Part shown: in pieces, positions 13,751-25,814 of the stretch
Numbering within the stretch: the first letter of the stretch is position 1
Layout: every line of letters starts with the position of its first letter
NCBI GenBank assembly: GCA_964036045.1
Contig: OZ038379.1
Span: 43,276,001-43,340,000 of the forward strand
DNA length: 64,000 nt
Origin: Eutreptiella sp. 'Long Island Sound 2002'
Lineage: Eukaryota > Protista > Euglenida
Direction: 5' to 3'
Translations under genes and position numbers: made by a program
Notes under the pieces: generated by a model
What the model was told of the DNA's origin: nothing
Seen by the model: the letters and a program-made list of their open reading frames with translations, nothing else
The model's database searches: none

Positions 13751-16700
13751 AACCGAAGGACCGGCCTGCAATCTCCATTGTGTCAATGAACTTTGGATTT
13801 TTGGATTGTCCGAATCTGCTTTGGTCCCCCATTGTGTGACCCGGCCTTGAATCTCCATTGGCTGAATCGGCCTTGGATCTGCATTGTGTGAACCCGCTTC
13901 GGATCCACTTTTTGTGGACCTCTCTTTGCATTTCCATTGAATTACCGGCCTTGAATCTCCTTTGTGTGAACCGTCTTCGGCTCTCCATTGTGTGCACTGG
14001 CTTCAGATCTGCATTATGTGAACCCGCCCTGGATCTCTAGTGTGTGCAACGGCTTTGGATCTCGATTGTGTGACGCAGATTTGGATCTCCATTGTGTGAA
14101 CCGGCTTTGGATCCCCATTGTGTGTACCGGCTTTGGATCTGCATTGTGTGAACCGGCTTTGGATCTCCATTGTGTGAACCGGCTTTGGATCTCCATTGTC
14201 TGACCCGGCTTTGCATCACCATTGTGTGAAGTGGCTTCGGATCTCCATGGTGTGAAATGGCTTCCGATTTCCATCGTGTGAACCGGAAATGGATTTGCAT
14301 TATGTGAAGCGGTCGTGGACCTCCATCGTGTCAGCCGGCGGTACATTTGCATTGCGTGAATCAGCTTTCGATCTCCATTGTGTGAACCGTCTTCGGATTT
14401 GCATTGTGTGAGCCGGCCTTGGATCTCCATTATGTGCACCACCTTTGGATCTCCAATGTTTCAGCCGGCTTTGGAGCTTCATTGTGTGCACTGCCTTGGA
14501 TCTCCATTGTGTGAACCAGGTTTGAATGTCATTTGTGTGAACCGGCTTCGGATCCCCATTGTGTGCACCAGCTTTGATTCTCCATTGTGTGAACCACCTT
14601 TGGATCTTCCATGTGTGAACCAGCCTTGAATCTCCATTGCGTGGACCGCCTTGGGATCTCCATTGTGTGACCAACCTTTGGATCCCCATTGTGTGAACTA
14701 ACTTTGGCTCTCCATTGTGTGAACTGGCTTTGGATCTGCATTGTGTGAACCGGCTTTGGATCTCTATTGTGTGAACCGGCCTTGGATCTGCATTGTGTGA
14801 ACCGGCTTGGGATCTCCATTGTGTGAACCAGCTTTGGATCTCTATTGTGTCCACTGGCTTTGGACGTCCATTGTGTGAACCGGCCTTGCATCTCCATTGA
14901 GTGAATCAGCTTTGGATCACCATTGTGTGAAGCGGCCTTCAATCTGCATCGTGTGCACCGCCTTTGGATCTCCATTGTGTGACCCGGCCTTGGATCTCCA
15001 TTGTGTGAACGGGCATTGGATCTGCATCAATGGAACCGGCCTTCAATCTCCATTGTGTGAACCCCCTTCGGACCTCCATTGTGTGACCCGGCTTCGGATC
15101 TCCATTGTGTGAACCGGTTTCGGATCGCAAATGTTTGAACCGAAGTTGCATCTCCATTGTTGGAACCGGCTTTGGATCTCCATTCTGTGAAGCGACCTTG
15201 GATCTCCATTGTTTGAACCGGCTTTGCATCTCCAATGTGGGAACCGGCGTGCATTCTCCATTCCTTCAACCAATTTGGGATCTCCATTGTGTGAACCCGC
15301 TTTGGTCCCACGTTGTGTGACCGGGCTGTGAATCTCCTTTGGCTGAATGGGCCTTGGATCTACATTGTGTGAACCGGCTTCGGGTCCAGTTTATTTGAAC
15401 CGCTCTTTGGATGTCCATTGTGTTAACTGGCCTTGGATCTCCATTGTGTGCACTAGCTTCACATCTCCATTGTGTGAACCGGCCCTGGATCTCCGTTGTG
15501 AACACCGGTTTTGGATCTCCATTCTGTGAAGCGAATTGGGATCTCCATTGTGTGAACCGGCTTCAGATCCTCATTGTGTGAACCGGCTTTGGATCTCCAT
15601 TGTGTGAACCGGCTTTAGATCTCCATTGTGTGAAACGCCTTTGTATCTCCATTGTCTCAACCGGATTTGAATCTCCATTGTGTGAACCGGCTGTGGATCT
15701 CCATTGTCTCAACGGGGTTTGAATCTATATTGTGTGAACCGGCTTTCGATGTTTATTTTGTTAACCGGCCTTGGATCTCCTTTGTGTGAACCGGCTTTGG
15801 ATCTCCATTGTGGAACCGGCTTTGGATCTCCATTGTGTGAACCGGCTTTAGATCTCCATTGTGTGAAACGCCTTTGTATCTCCATTGTCTCAACCGGATT
15901 TGGATCTCCATTGTGTGAACCGGTTGTGGATCTCCATTGTCTCAACGGGGTTTGAATCTATATTGTGTGAACCGGCTTTCGATGTTTATTTTTTTAACCG
16001 GCCTTGGATCTCCTTTGTGTGAACCGGCTTTGGATCTCCATTGTGGAACCGGCTTTCGATCTCCATTGTGTGCACCGCCTTTGGATCTCCATGGTGTGAA
16101 CCGGCTTTGGAGCTCCATTGTGTGAAGTGGCTTTGGATCTCCATTGTGTCAACCGGCCTTGCATCTCCATTGAGTCAAGTGCCTTTGGATCTCCCATATG
16201 TGAACCGTTTTCGGATCTCCGTTGTTTGATGCGGCTTTGGATCTGCATTACGTGAACCGGCCTTGTATCTGCATTGTGTGAACCTGCTTTGGATCTCCAT
16301 TGTGTGAACCTGCTTTGGATCTCCATTGTGTGAACCGGATGCGAATCTCCATTCTCTGAAGCGGCCTTGCATCCCCATTGTGTGAACCGGCTTTGAATGT
16401 CCATTGTGTGAACCGGCCCGGCATCTCCATTCAGTGAACCGGCTTTTGATCTTCATTGTGTGAACCGGCCTTGGATCTCCATTGTGTGAGCTGGCCTTGA
16501 ATCTCCATTGTGCGAACCGGCCTTGCATCTCCATTGTGTGAACAGGCCTTGCATCTCCATTGTGTGAACCGGCCTTGGATCTCCATTGCGTGAACCAGCC
16601 TTGGATCTCCATTGTGTGAACCAGCCTTGGATCTCCATTGTGTGAACTGGCCTTGGATCTGCATTGTGTGAACCGGTCTGGGATCTCCATTGTGTGAACC

Positions 16701-19700
16701 GGCTTTGAACATCCATTGTGTGAACCCCCTTTGATCTCCATTGTGTGAACCGGCCTTGGATCTCCATTGTGCGAACCGGCCTTGGATCTCCATTGTGTGA
16801 ATCCGCTTTGGATCTCCATTGTGTGAACTCGCTTTGGATGTCCATTGTATGAACCGGCTTTGGATCTTCATGGTGTGAACCGGCTTCGGTCCCCATGGCC
16901 TCAATTGGCTTCGGATCTCCATTGTCCGAACCCGCTTTGAATCTCCATTGTGTGAACCGGATGTGAATCTACATTCTTTGAACCGGCTGTGGATCCCCAT
17001 TGTGTGAACCGGCTTTGAATGTCCATTGTGTGAACCGGCTTCGCATCTCCATTCAGTCAACCGGCTTTTGATTTTCATTGTGTGAACCGGCCTTGGATCT
17101 CCATTGTGTCAGCCGGCCTTGAATCTCCATTGTGCGAACCGGCCTTGGATCTCCATTCTGTGAACGAGCCTTGCATCTCTATTCTGGGAACCAACTTCGG
17201 GCCTCCATTGTGTGAACCGGCTTTTGATCTCCATTGTGTGAGCCAACCTTGGATCCCCATTGTGTGACCCGGCTTTGAATCCCCATTGTGTGAACCGGCT
17301 TTGCGTCTCCATCATGTGAACCGGCTTTAAATCTCCATTTTGTGCACCAGCTTTGAATCTCTTTTGTCAAAATCAGCCTTGGATCTCCATTGTGTGAACC
17401 GGCCTTGCATCTCCATTGTGTTAACCGGCCTTCAATCTCCATTGTGTGAACCGGCCTTGGATTTCAATTGTGTGAACCGGCCTTCAATCTCCATTATGTG
17501 AACCGGCCTTGGATCTCCATTGTGTGAACCGGCTTGGACATTCAATGTGTGAATCAGCTTCTGATCTCCATTGTGTGCACTGGCTTCGGATCTCCATTGT
17601 TTGAACCAGCCTTGGATTCCCATTGTGTCAACCGGCTTCGGATCTCAATTCTGTGAACCGGCACGGATCTCCATTGTGTGAACCGGCTTCGGATTTCCAT
17701 TGTCTCTACCGGCTTTGGATCTCCATTATCTGAACCGGCTTTGAATCTTCATTGTATGAACGAGCTTTGGATCTCCATTGTGTGAACCCGCTTTGGATCT
17801 ACATTGTGTGAACCCGCCTTGGATCTCCATTGTATGAACTGGCTTTGGATGTCCATTGTGTGAACCGGCTTTGGATGTCCATTGTGTGCACCGGCTTCGC
17901 ATCTCCATTCAGTGAACCGGCTTTTGATCTCCATTGTGTGAACTGGCCTTGGATCTCCATTGTGTGATCCAGCCTTGAATCTCCATTGTGTGAGCCGGCG
18001 TTGAATCTCCATTGTCTGAACAGCGGTTGGATCTCCATTGTGTGAACTGGCTTTTGATCTCCATTGTGTGAAGCGGCTTTGGATCCTAATTGTGTGAAAT
18101 TGCTTGGATATCCAACACACTAGATCATTGTGGGGCGGGTGCTATATCTTGGCACCATGCTTGTAGCGTGTCCATGGTTTGACAGTGCAAAATGAAACGG
18201 CTTCGTGGAAAAATGGGCGTTGTGGGGTCCACAACGTACCTGGGACACCCGTTGGACCGCTAGGACGAGCCATCCCAACCACCCGGCGGTCATCACCTAG
18301 CACTCCAAGGTAATGGACATGTTCACATGGCAAGGAAACCGGAACGGCTGGGTGGGAAGATTAACGTCGTGGGCTCCACAGTAGACTTGGGGCACCTCCT
18401 GAACGGCCATGACGGGTGATTGTACCCGTGCGGGGTCCACCGGTTGCTTGCCCGGGGTCTCGCCCAATGCATTGTGCATGGGGACTCTTACCGCCGACAA
18501 GAGGGCGGGATGGGGTGCTACAACACGATGCGTAGCTGGGAGTACTCGGGGGCCTTTGTGCCCTTAAGCATAAATACCACCCGTTTCGGCAATGCACGTT
18601 GATCGCTGGTTCGTGCCATTGTGCAGCGAGCCACGCTATGGAGAAGGGGCCACTGACAGCTAACATGTCGCAAATGGCATGTTGGACATGGGCTATTACC
18701 CGGAATAGCCCAACAGAGGAATGCCAACAAGTGCCAAAGGCACGGTATGTGGTGGGAACACTGTGATTATGTGTGATACGTGTGACATGGGAAGAAAAAG
18801 TTTTTTCTGCAAGACCTACTTTTTTTTGCCCCCCCCCCCTATTACTGCAACGCACTACCAGCAAGTCACACATTGGTGAGCTAGCACCCATGGCCTTGTG
18901 TGACATTCACTTTGCTGGTTGTGGTGAGCACCTCCCAGCCTGGGGTCTTCGTGATGACTGCATACCGGGCAATGATCAGGCCGTCAGGGGAGGACGCCAT
19001 CGGCAGAAGTTGCATTCTGAATTCCCACCCAGGAAGGTGGATGCCTGCGGCAGTGCGGATGCCCGCAGTAGTACGGATGCCTGCTTGTCATAGCAGAAGG
19101 TTGAAAGGCGAGAGGCCAATAGGCGCGGCCACAGGCGAGCCAACCACCAAGGCGTTGTGCCAAACCAACCCCCCTCGGGGGGGTCCCCCCGAAAAAAAAT
19201 CCCACCTGGTATGGAAAATTTTTTTCTCCGCCCCCTGTTTTTTTGCTTTTTTTTTTTGCGTCATCAGCGCCGTAAAAAGCTATGTTTTGCCTAAATGGGT
19301 GTAAAGACAGGCGTGGTGCATGCGAAACTCTGTGTGGTTTATCATCCACAGGAACATCCCATGTACTCCCACTGTACTGCATTAATTGATAGCTTGTATA
19401 ATATGGGCTGGGCAGGAGAGGACCACATGTGTGCTGCAAAACATCTGGCATTTGTGTGGTTTCTGCAGTGCCTGTGGTAGCTTGGTATTGACTGGCAGGT
19501 GGCAGGGGTGCAGGTTGAGATGCTGTCTGAGGAGCAGGTGTTGGTGGAGAGGTCACAAGAGGCTCTAGGAGGCTCTGCTGCAGGTGGAGCTGTCGTTTCT
19601 GTCGTCGCTTCTGCTCTGGTACAGCCTGGTTGATGTGCAAACTGAGGTGCAGACCAGTTTGTAGACTGATGTGTAGACTGAGGTGCAGTACTGCTTTTAC

Positions 19701-20141
19701 CTTGGGCTGCACTATGCACAAGGATGCCCCGCAACAACTCAAACAGCGGGACACTGCAAAATGATGTTCACAACCCTGTGCAAGCTCAAGCCTCGAAGAT
19801 ATGGCAGAAATGGAGTTCAGCAGACACCAGAGACCACACGTGCTGCTGCAGAAAGGCATCAAGTACCAAGCAACGTTTCTGCTGTTTGTGAGTCAAATGG
19901 TCCTACTGTAGTTAGGGGGGTTAGCCCCCCCCCGCCCCACTGTCCACCACATTTACAAGAGTGGGCGAGGCCTCTGGGCGGGTAGGTTCAATTTTGGCTG
20001 GGGGGCAAGGTGCACAATCTGGGAACCCCTCTTATCAACAAGGCCTGGCAGGACCCCAGGATGTCCAACACCGAGGACACCCAAGTGGATAGAAGATCTT
20101 TTGTCAAGGCCACAAGAAATGGGGCAAACCTAGAAGGGTGA

Positions 20142-20678
<537 letters not shown>

Positions 20679-21166
20679 TAATCATCTGGCCCATTTGAAC
20701 CTAAACCTAAAACCCTACCCCCCACCCCCCACAATCCCTCCATATCCCCACCAAACCCACCCCATACCTCGATGGGGGCTGTGCAGTGTTGTCACACACA
20801 ACTAGACCATGTTCCCTCCGATTGGCGTTTTCGGCAGGATCCCAATACTTTGTTGCAAGCGCTGCTTTATGCTAAGACCTGCAGGCAGGAGCTGATCCCT
20901 GCCTGATAGGTCACGAGTTTTTCTGCCTGACGCAAGGCCGGAGGCTGCAAAACATGTTTTTCTGCATCGCAACCCCGGAGAACGGACTCACGGCCTCCCC
21001 CATTGTTGAGAACACCACCAAACTTTCTAAATTCTGGGTTGCTGCCCCCGCCCCCAACCCACCACCATCCCCACATGCTGGGATACCTAAAACCCGGTGA
21101 ACTGATTTACCTTACCTGACAAGAGGAGCATCACAAGAAATTGTGGGAGCTCAAAGAGTGCATGGA

Positions 21167-21247
21167 GCACACATCCATATCATTTGTGCGAAGGCACACA
21201 TCCATATCACTCTTGCGAAGGCACACATCCATATCACTCTTGCAAAG
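21167..21247. repeat. 27-bp tandem repeat, 3 copies
   Basis: GCACACATCCATATCACTCTTGCGAAG starts at 21167, 21194 and 21221. Confidence 0.9.
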
Positions 21248-22499
21248 GCTTCCCTCATCTTTCCCTTTGGCCATTGCCGAGAAACATGCCATGCTTGTAA
21301 GCCCGCTTGCCCACCTGCTGCAAGATGTGTGCACTCTCCCTCAAGGGTAGGTTTTTACCCTTACTGCTACCAAGATTGCACACAGTTGTAGTATTGATCC
21401 CCAAACCCAGAAGGATGCGATGGGGCAACATTGGGGCTGGAGAGCCACCTCAAGATGCATAAACTCAAAGACAAAGGCTGGTGGGGCATTTTTGTGGGGT
21501 GTCCAACCTGATGGATTTTCATCAAATGGAAGTTCCGATTGTGAAGTGGTTGTGGGCCTCCATTACTGGTTGATGCCCCCAAAATGTTGCATATTGGTCT
21601 TCACACACCCCACTGCCATTGTCAACTGTGCTTGCATTTCCTTTGCCCCCACACCCTAAAGAACACCCCAAGCCACAAGAGTTCCTGAAACTACAACTAT
21701 GGCAAGTTTCAGTGGTTGTGCCCCAGTTGGGCTTGGAGAGGGAGTGCGTAGCCCAGAGTGGTCTTTCAACTTCTAGAGTTTGCACATGTAAAAGCTAGCT
21801 TCAATTTTTGCTTGCCATTGACATCAAAAGTTCAAAAAGAAAAGCGTCAAAAAGAATGACCTTTTTTGCTTTTGTTGGATTCCTCTGTGCCGCATTTAGC
21901 ACATCTAGTCGGGACCATAGTTTCTTTTTTGTACAAAGCAATGGCGTCAACAGATCAATGTGCAGCCCCCTGAGAACCATTGTTGTGAACAAATACCCCA
22001 AAATGTTGAATGGTGTTTCCTCCTTATTGCAGGTTTTGGTGCTTTTTCAGTGTAACATCAATATTCCCAACGTGCGGTACGCGAGTGTACCCCGCTTGGA
22101 TCAACCAAGGCATGGTGCAATGATGCTTGCATAGCACATGGTTCACCCTTCGCACGGGGGCAGCCTTGGCTTCTATCTTCACAATACCTTGGAATAGCAC
22201 CACCAAAAGTTTGGCCCACGACAGCAAAACTACCGTTTTTTTGAGCTGAAATGCCAAACCCCCAACATCAAGAGTTGGGGCCCAATGTCACTAGAACAAT
22301 TGAAATAGCTACCAACCACACGGGCATGGGGGCCGATCCTAGTGGGGACCCGACCCCAAAGGGGGGGGTGACCTGCCCGCTCTACGGACCAAAATTGTTA
22401 CATGGAACAATGTGCTTTGTCGGCGCCAGAGGCGCCAGAGATGTTGGTTGAGGGGGAGTGTTAGCACGCCAGGCGCGCGCCAGGCATCTTTTTTGACCC

Positions 22500-23870
22500 G
22501 TGCCCCACGTGACCTTGGGGGCCACCCCTGATGCTGTGCCCCGCTCTGAAGTGTTGGGGACCCCCCCGGCGGCAGGGGTTATGCCGCCACATTGCCCGCT
22601 TGTGGGCCACCTCTGATGCTGCCCCCCGCTCTGAAGCGGTGGGGACCCCCCTGGCAGCAGGGGTTATGTAGCCACCTTGTCCACCTGCGGGCCACTTCTG
22701 ATGCTCCCCTCCGCTCTGAAGCGGTGGAGACCCCCCTAGGCGGCAGGGGTTATGTAGCCCCCTCGCCCACTTGTGGGCCACCTCTAATGCTGCCCCCTGC
22801 TCTGAAGCGGTCGGGAACCCCCAGGCGGCAGGGGTTATGTAGCCACCTTGCCCACTTGTGGGCCACCTCTGATGCAGCTCCCCGCTCTGAAGCAGTGGGG
22901 ACCCCCCAGGCGGCAGGGGTGATGTAGCCACCTTGCCCAATTCTTGGCCACCTGTGATGCTGCCCCCCGCTCTGAAGCGGTCGGGACCCCCCCAGCCGGC
23001 AGGGGTTATGTAGCCACCTCGCCCATTTGTGGGCGACCTTTGATGCTGCCCCCCGCTCTGAACCTGTGGGGACCCCCGCAGGCAGCAGGGGTTATGTAGC
23101 CACCTTGCCCACTTATGGGCCACCTCTGATGCTGCTCGCCGCTGTGAAGCGGTGGGGACCCCTCCAGGCGGCAGGTGTGATGTAGCCACCTTGCCCACCT
23201 GTGGGCCACCTTTGATGCAGCCCCCCGTTCGGAAGCGGTGGGGACCCCCCCAGCCGGCAGGCGTTATGTAGCCACCTTGCCCACCTGTGGGCCACCTTTG
23301 ATGCTGCCCCCCGCTCGGAAGCGGTGGGGACCCCCCAGTCGGCAGGGGTGATGTAGCCACCTTGCCCACTTGTGGGCCACCTCTGATGCTGCCCCCCGCT
23401 CTGAAGCGGTGGGGACCCCCCCAGCCGGCAGGTGTTATGTAGCCACCTTGCCCACCTGTGGGCCACCTTTGATGCTGCCCCCCGCTCGGAAGCGGTGGTG
23501 ACCCCCCCAGTCGGCAGGGGTGGTGTAGCCACCTTGCCCAAGTCTGGGCCACCTTTGATGCTGTCCCCCGCTTTGAAGCGGTGGGGACCCCCTAGGCGGC
23601 AGGGATGATGTAGCCACCTTGCCCACTTGTGGGCCACCTATGATGCTGCTCCCCGCTGTGAAGCGCTTGGGACCCCACCAGGCGGCAGGGGTGATGTAGC
23701 CACCTTGCCCACTTGTGGGCCACTTCTGATTTTGCCCCCTGCTCTGAAGCGGTGGGGACCCCCCAGGCGGCAGGGGTTATGTAGCCACCTTGCCCACTTG
23801 TGGGCCACCTCTGATGCTGCACCCCGCTTTGAAGCGGTGGGGACCCCCTAGGTAGCAGGGATTATGTAGG
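22500..23870. repeat. GC-rich 85-86-bp minisatellite, about 16 copies
   Basis: The unit GGGCCACCTCTGATGCTGCCCCCCGCTCTGAAGCGGTGGGGACCCCCCAGGCGGCAGGGGTTATGTAGCCACCTTGCCCACTTGT recurs at 22604, 22689, 22775, 22860 and onward. Confidence 0.95.
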
Positions 23871-23909
23871 GTCTTTTTTTGCAAGGCCATAGGTGGGCTG
23901 GCCAAGAGG

Positions 23910-24554
23910 GTGCGGATAAAGGTGCGTTTTGGCTGTGGTGTGGCAACAACGTATGCAAGTGCAGCACAAGTGCACGGCAAGAAAATTGATAGCAATTGCT
24001 GTCTCGCGTACCATCGGCTACGGCTAAACAACACGGCAACCCCAACAGCGATGAACCCTAGCACCAACGGGCTGATTCGCTGTAAGGTGCTTGATTGCCA
24101 AAAATGGCACTGCACCTACGCCATGCCACGCCATATGGCACAAGCGCACCCCGGTGTGTCCCATGACTATGCCGGGTGCAGCGAAGAGGAGAAAACAAAG
24201 GTGTTGCAAGCCTTTGACAATTCTCGGGCCCCATTATCACCGAAGGCAAAGCCTGCTGTGCCGCCGGCCCTGCCCACTTTTCTCCCTGCTCTTCTCTCTG
24301 GGCCAAACCAGGGTAGTAGTAGTAGTGCCAGTAGTTGTAGCAGCAGCTCCACCACCAATGCCTCCTCCAGTACGAGTGCATCCTCCAACAGCAGTGCCCC
24401 GCCAGGCACTATGTGCCATCGGAATCCATTGTCTGATGGGCCGGCAGCCTGCCGGGTAACAAGATCGCAAGCAGCCCGGCCAAAGAAGCTTGCTCGCCCC
24501 AAGAGTAGCGGCAAAAGGGCACGCGACGAGTGGGAGGATGATTCCGATGCTTGA
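23910..24554 (+). CDS. Possible 214-aa ORF or ORF remnant with a C2H2-like zinc finger and Ser-rich tail (probably element-derived)
   Basis: Contains CKVLDC-x11-H-x4-H, followed by low-complexity Pro/Ser sequence, a basic-acidic end (KRARDEWEDDSDA*) and then a (CT)n tract. No homolog was recognised. Confidence 0.3.
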   Translation: MRIKVRFGCGVATTYASAAQVHGKKIDSNCCLAYHRLRLNNTATPTAMNPSTNGLIRCKVLDCQKWHCTYAMPRHMAQAHPGVSHDYAGCSEEEKTKVLQAFDNSRAPLSPKAKPAVPPALPTFLPALLSGPNQGSSSSASSCSSSSTTNASSSTSASSNSSAPPGTMCHRNPLSDGPAACRVTRSQAARPKKLARPKSSGKRARDEWEDDSDA

Positions 24555-25814
24555 GGACCCTTCCCCCCCTGCGCTTCTCTCTCTCTCTCTCTCTCTATAT
24601 ATGTCCGTGGTTTGTGACAAGGGGAAGGGACACTATTTGTTGGCCAGTGGGTATTGGCATAACCTGTTTTGCATGCACGGTTACTAAGAACACTGCACCG
24701 ACCATGCGTCGGTGACCGGGTCTCACTTGCGGGGAGTTAGAGCTGACCCAAGGCAACCCAAGAGAGATTTGATAGCCTTTGGGCGAACTTAAGGCAACAT
24801 TCATTACTGCTGTGAAAGTGCTTGAGTGCCGCAAAACAATCACGAGCTATGACCGGTCACGGTGCGTCTCGTTAGCTTTGTTTGTGTGCGCGCTTGGAGG
24901 TGCCTGACGGAAAAGGTGCTGGGTTTGGGTCAACGAAGCCCCCCCCCCCCTTCGGAGGGGGGTGAGGCCCCCCCCCCCCCCCTGTAGCCCCCAAAACTGT
25001 CGAACACCCCTCGGGGTCACACATTGGCTGGCGGCGGCCCCCGTGATCACGGGTCGTGATACCCTATTGGGTGTCCTCCTACCTTTTCATACGGACCTAG
25101 GCTATCTTGTCATTCAACCATATGTTCGAGCAGCACCTCACACTGAGGTCCACAAACCAAAGCTGCCATTTTTGGCCAAAATACCCCCGCCCCCCACTCC
25201 TTCAAGCTAGACCGGAATGGGCTTTCAACGTGCCAACTTGGTACATTTATCATGCCTCTAGGCCCAAAGTGTTGGATATGCTTGGTTGACAGCCCATTGA
25301 ACCCCAATACTAAAATTGTAAGCCCCATGCCAGGAAACGCCTCATTTGCAGGCTGTGGTGAAAAAATACCAAGAACACACCCAAAAAGCTGGCAAACCTA
25401 GGTTCCAACATTGGCATGTTTTGCGTGGAGTTTAGCCATGCCAAATCGGCACTGTCCCTATGTACCATGTGGGATATGTAGACCCAAAGATTTGAGTACT
25501 AGATTTGGAGATGGCAGCTTGGTGAAGCACCAAGGGGAGGGTGTCAAGCCCAACCAATGACCATTTTTTGCCACCTCTGTGCCTTTGATACACATTTAAT
25601 TGAAAGGCTAGAGGTTCCATCTTCGGTGATTTCCACATCATCTTGGGGGTACGAACCAGACATCCTAAAGTGCCGGCCCGCACCCGGGATAGGCAGTTTC
25701 ACCGGCGCAGAAAAATGACCACAAACCCCCAGTAGTTCAGTAGATTTCAAAAGACAATAGTTTTTGACCACTACAGTTTTTTGAAATCGAATTTTTAGGC
25801 CCCAACGGGCCAAG

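Larger units (their letters stand above)
206..18114. repeat. 26-bp satellite array (consensus TTTGGATCTCCATTGTGTGAACCGGC), interrupted at 2590-3767 and 6177-7354
   Basis: The monomer recurs continuously. Minus-strand ORFs show a 26-aa period (MEIQGRFTQWRSKAGSHNGDPKPVHT = 78 bp = 3 x 26). The array ends at about GCTTGGATATCCA (18,114). Confidence 0.97.

Noticed and set aside
206-18114. CRISPR array interpretation of the 26-bp repeat
   Set aside because: Monomers abut directly with no unique spacers, there are no cas genes, and the context is eukaryotic.
291-18120. Dozens of overlapping 60-215-aa ORFs with a 26-aa repeat (MEIQ.RFTQWRSKAGSHNGDPKPVHT)
   Set aside because: They arise in all frames because the 26-bp monomer lacks stops on the minus strand, so they are translation artefacts of the satellite.
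18142-18730. Reverse-transcriptase remnant (INVHC ... HYLGV on the minus strand)
   Set aside because: The motifs are in different frames, about 95 codons apart (too far), and there is no YxDD motif.
18984-19862. 292-aa Gln/Pro-rich ORF
   Set aside because: It is low-complexity, overlapping frames are equally open, it crosses poly-T/poly-A tracts, and no domain is recognisable.
20697-20716. Telomeric array CCCTAAACCTAAAACCCTA downstream of the exon
   Set aside because: It is only about three irregular units next to C-rich sequence, too short to call.
20867-21076. Next DDX41 exon suggested by QAEKLVTY...SCLQ, or by QKTPP near 55,990
   Set aside because: Both are on the wrong strand and are only short chance matches.
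22461-23552. 363-aa Gly/Pro-rich ORF
   Set aside because: It lies entirely within the 85-bp minisatellite, with several overlapping frames open.
22500-23870. Tandem box C/D snoRNA cluster (TGATG and CTGA in each unit)
   Set aside because: Most units have TTATGT instead of a C box, the box spacing is wrong and the putative guides do not vary.
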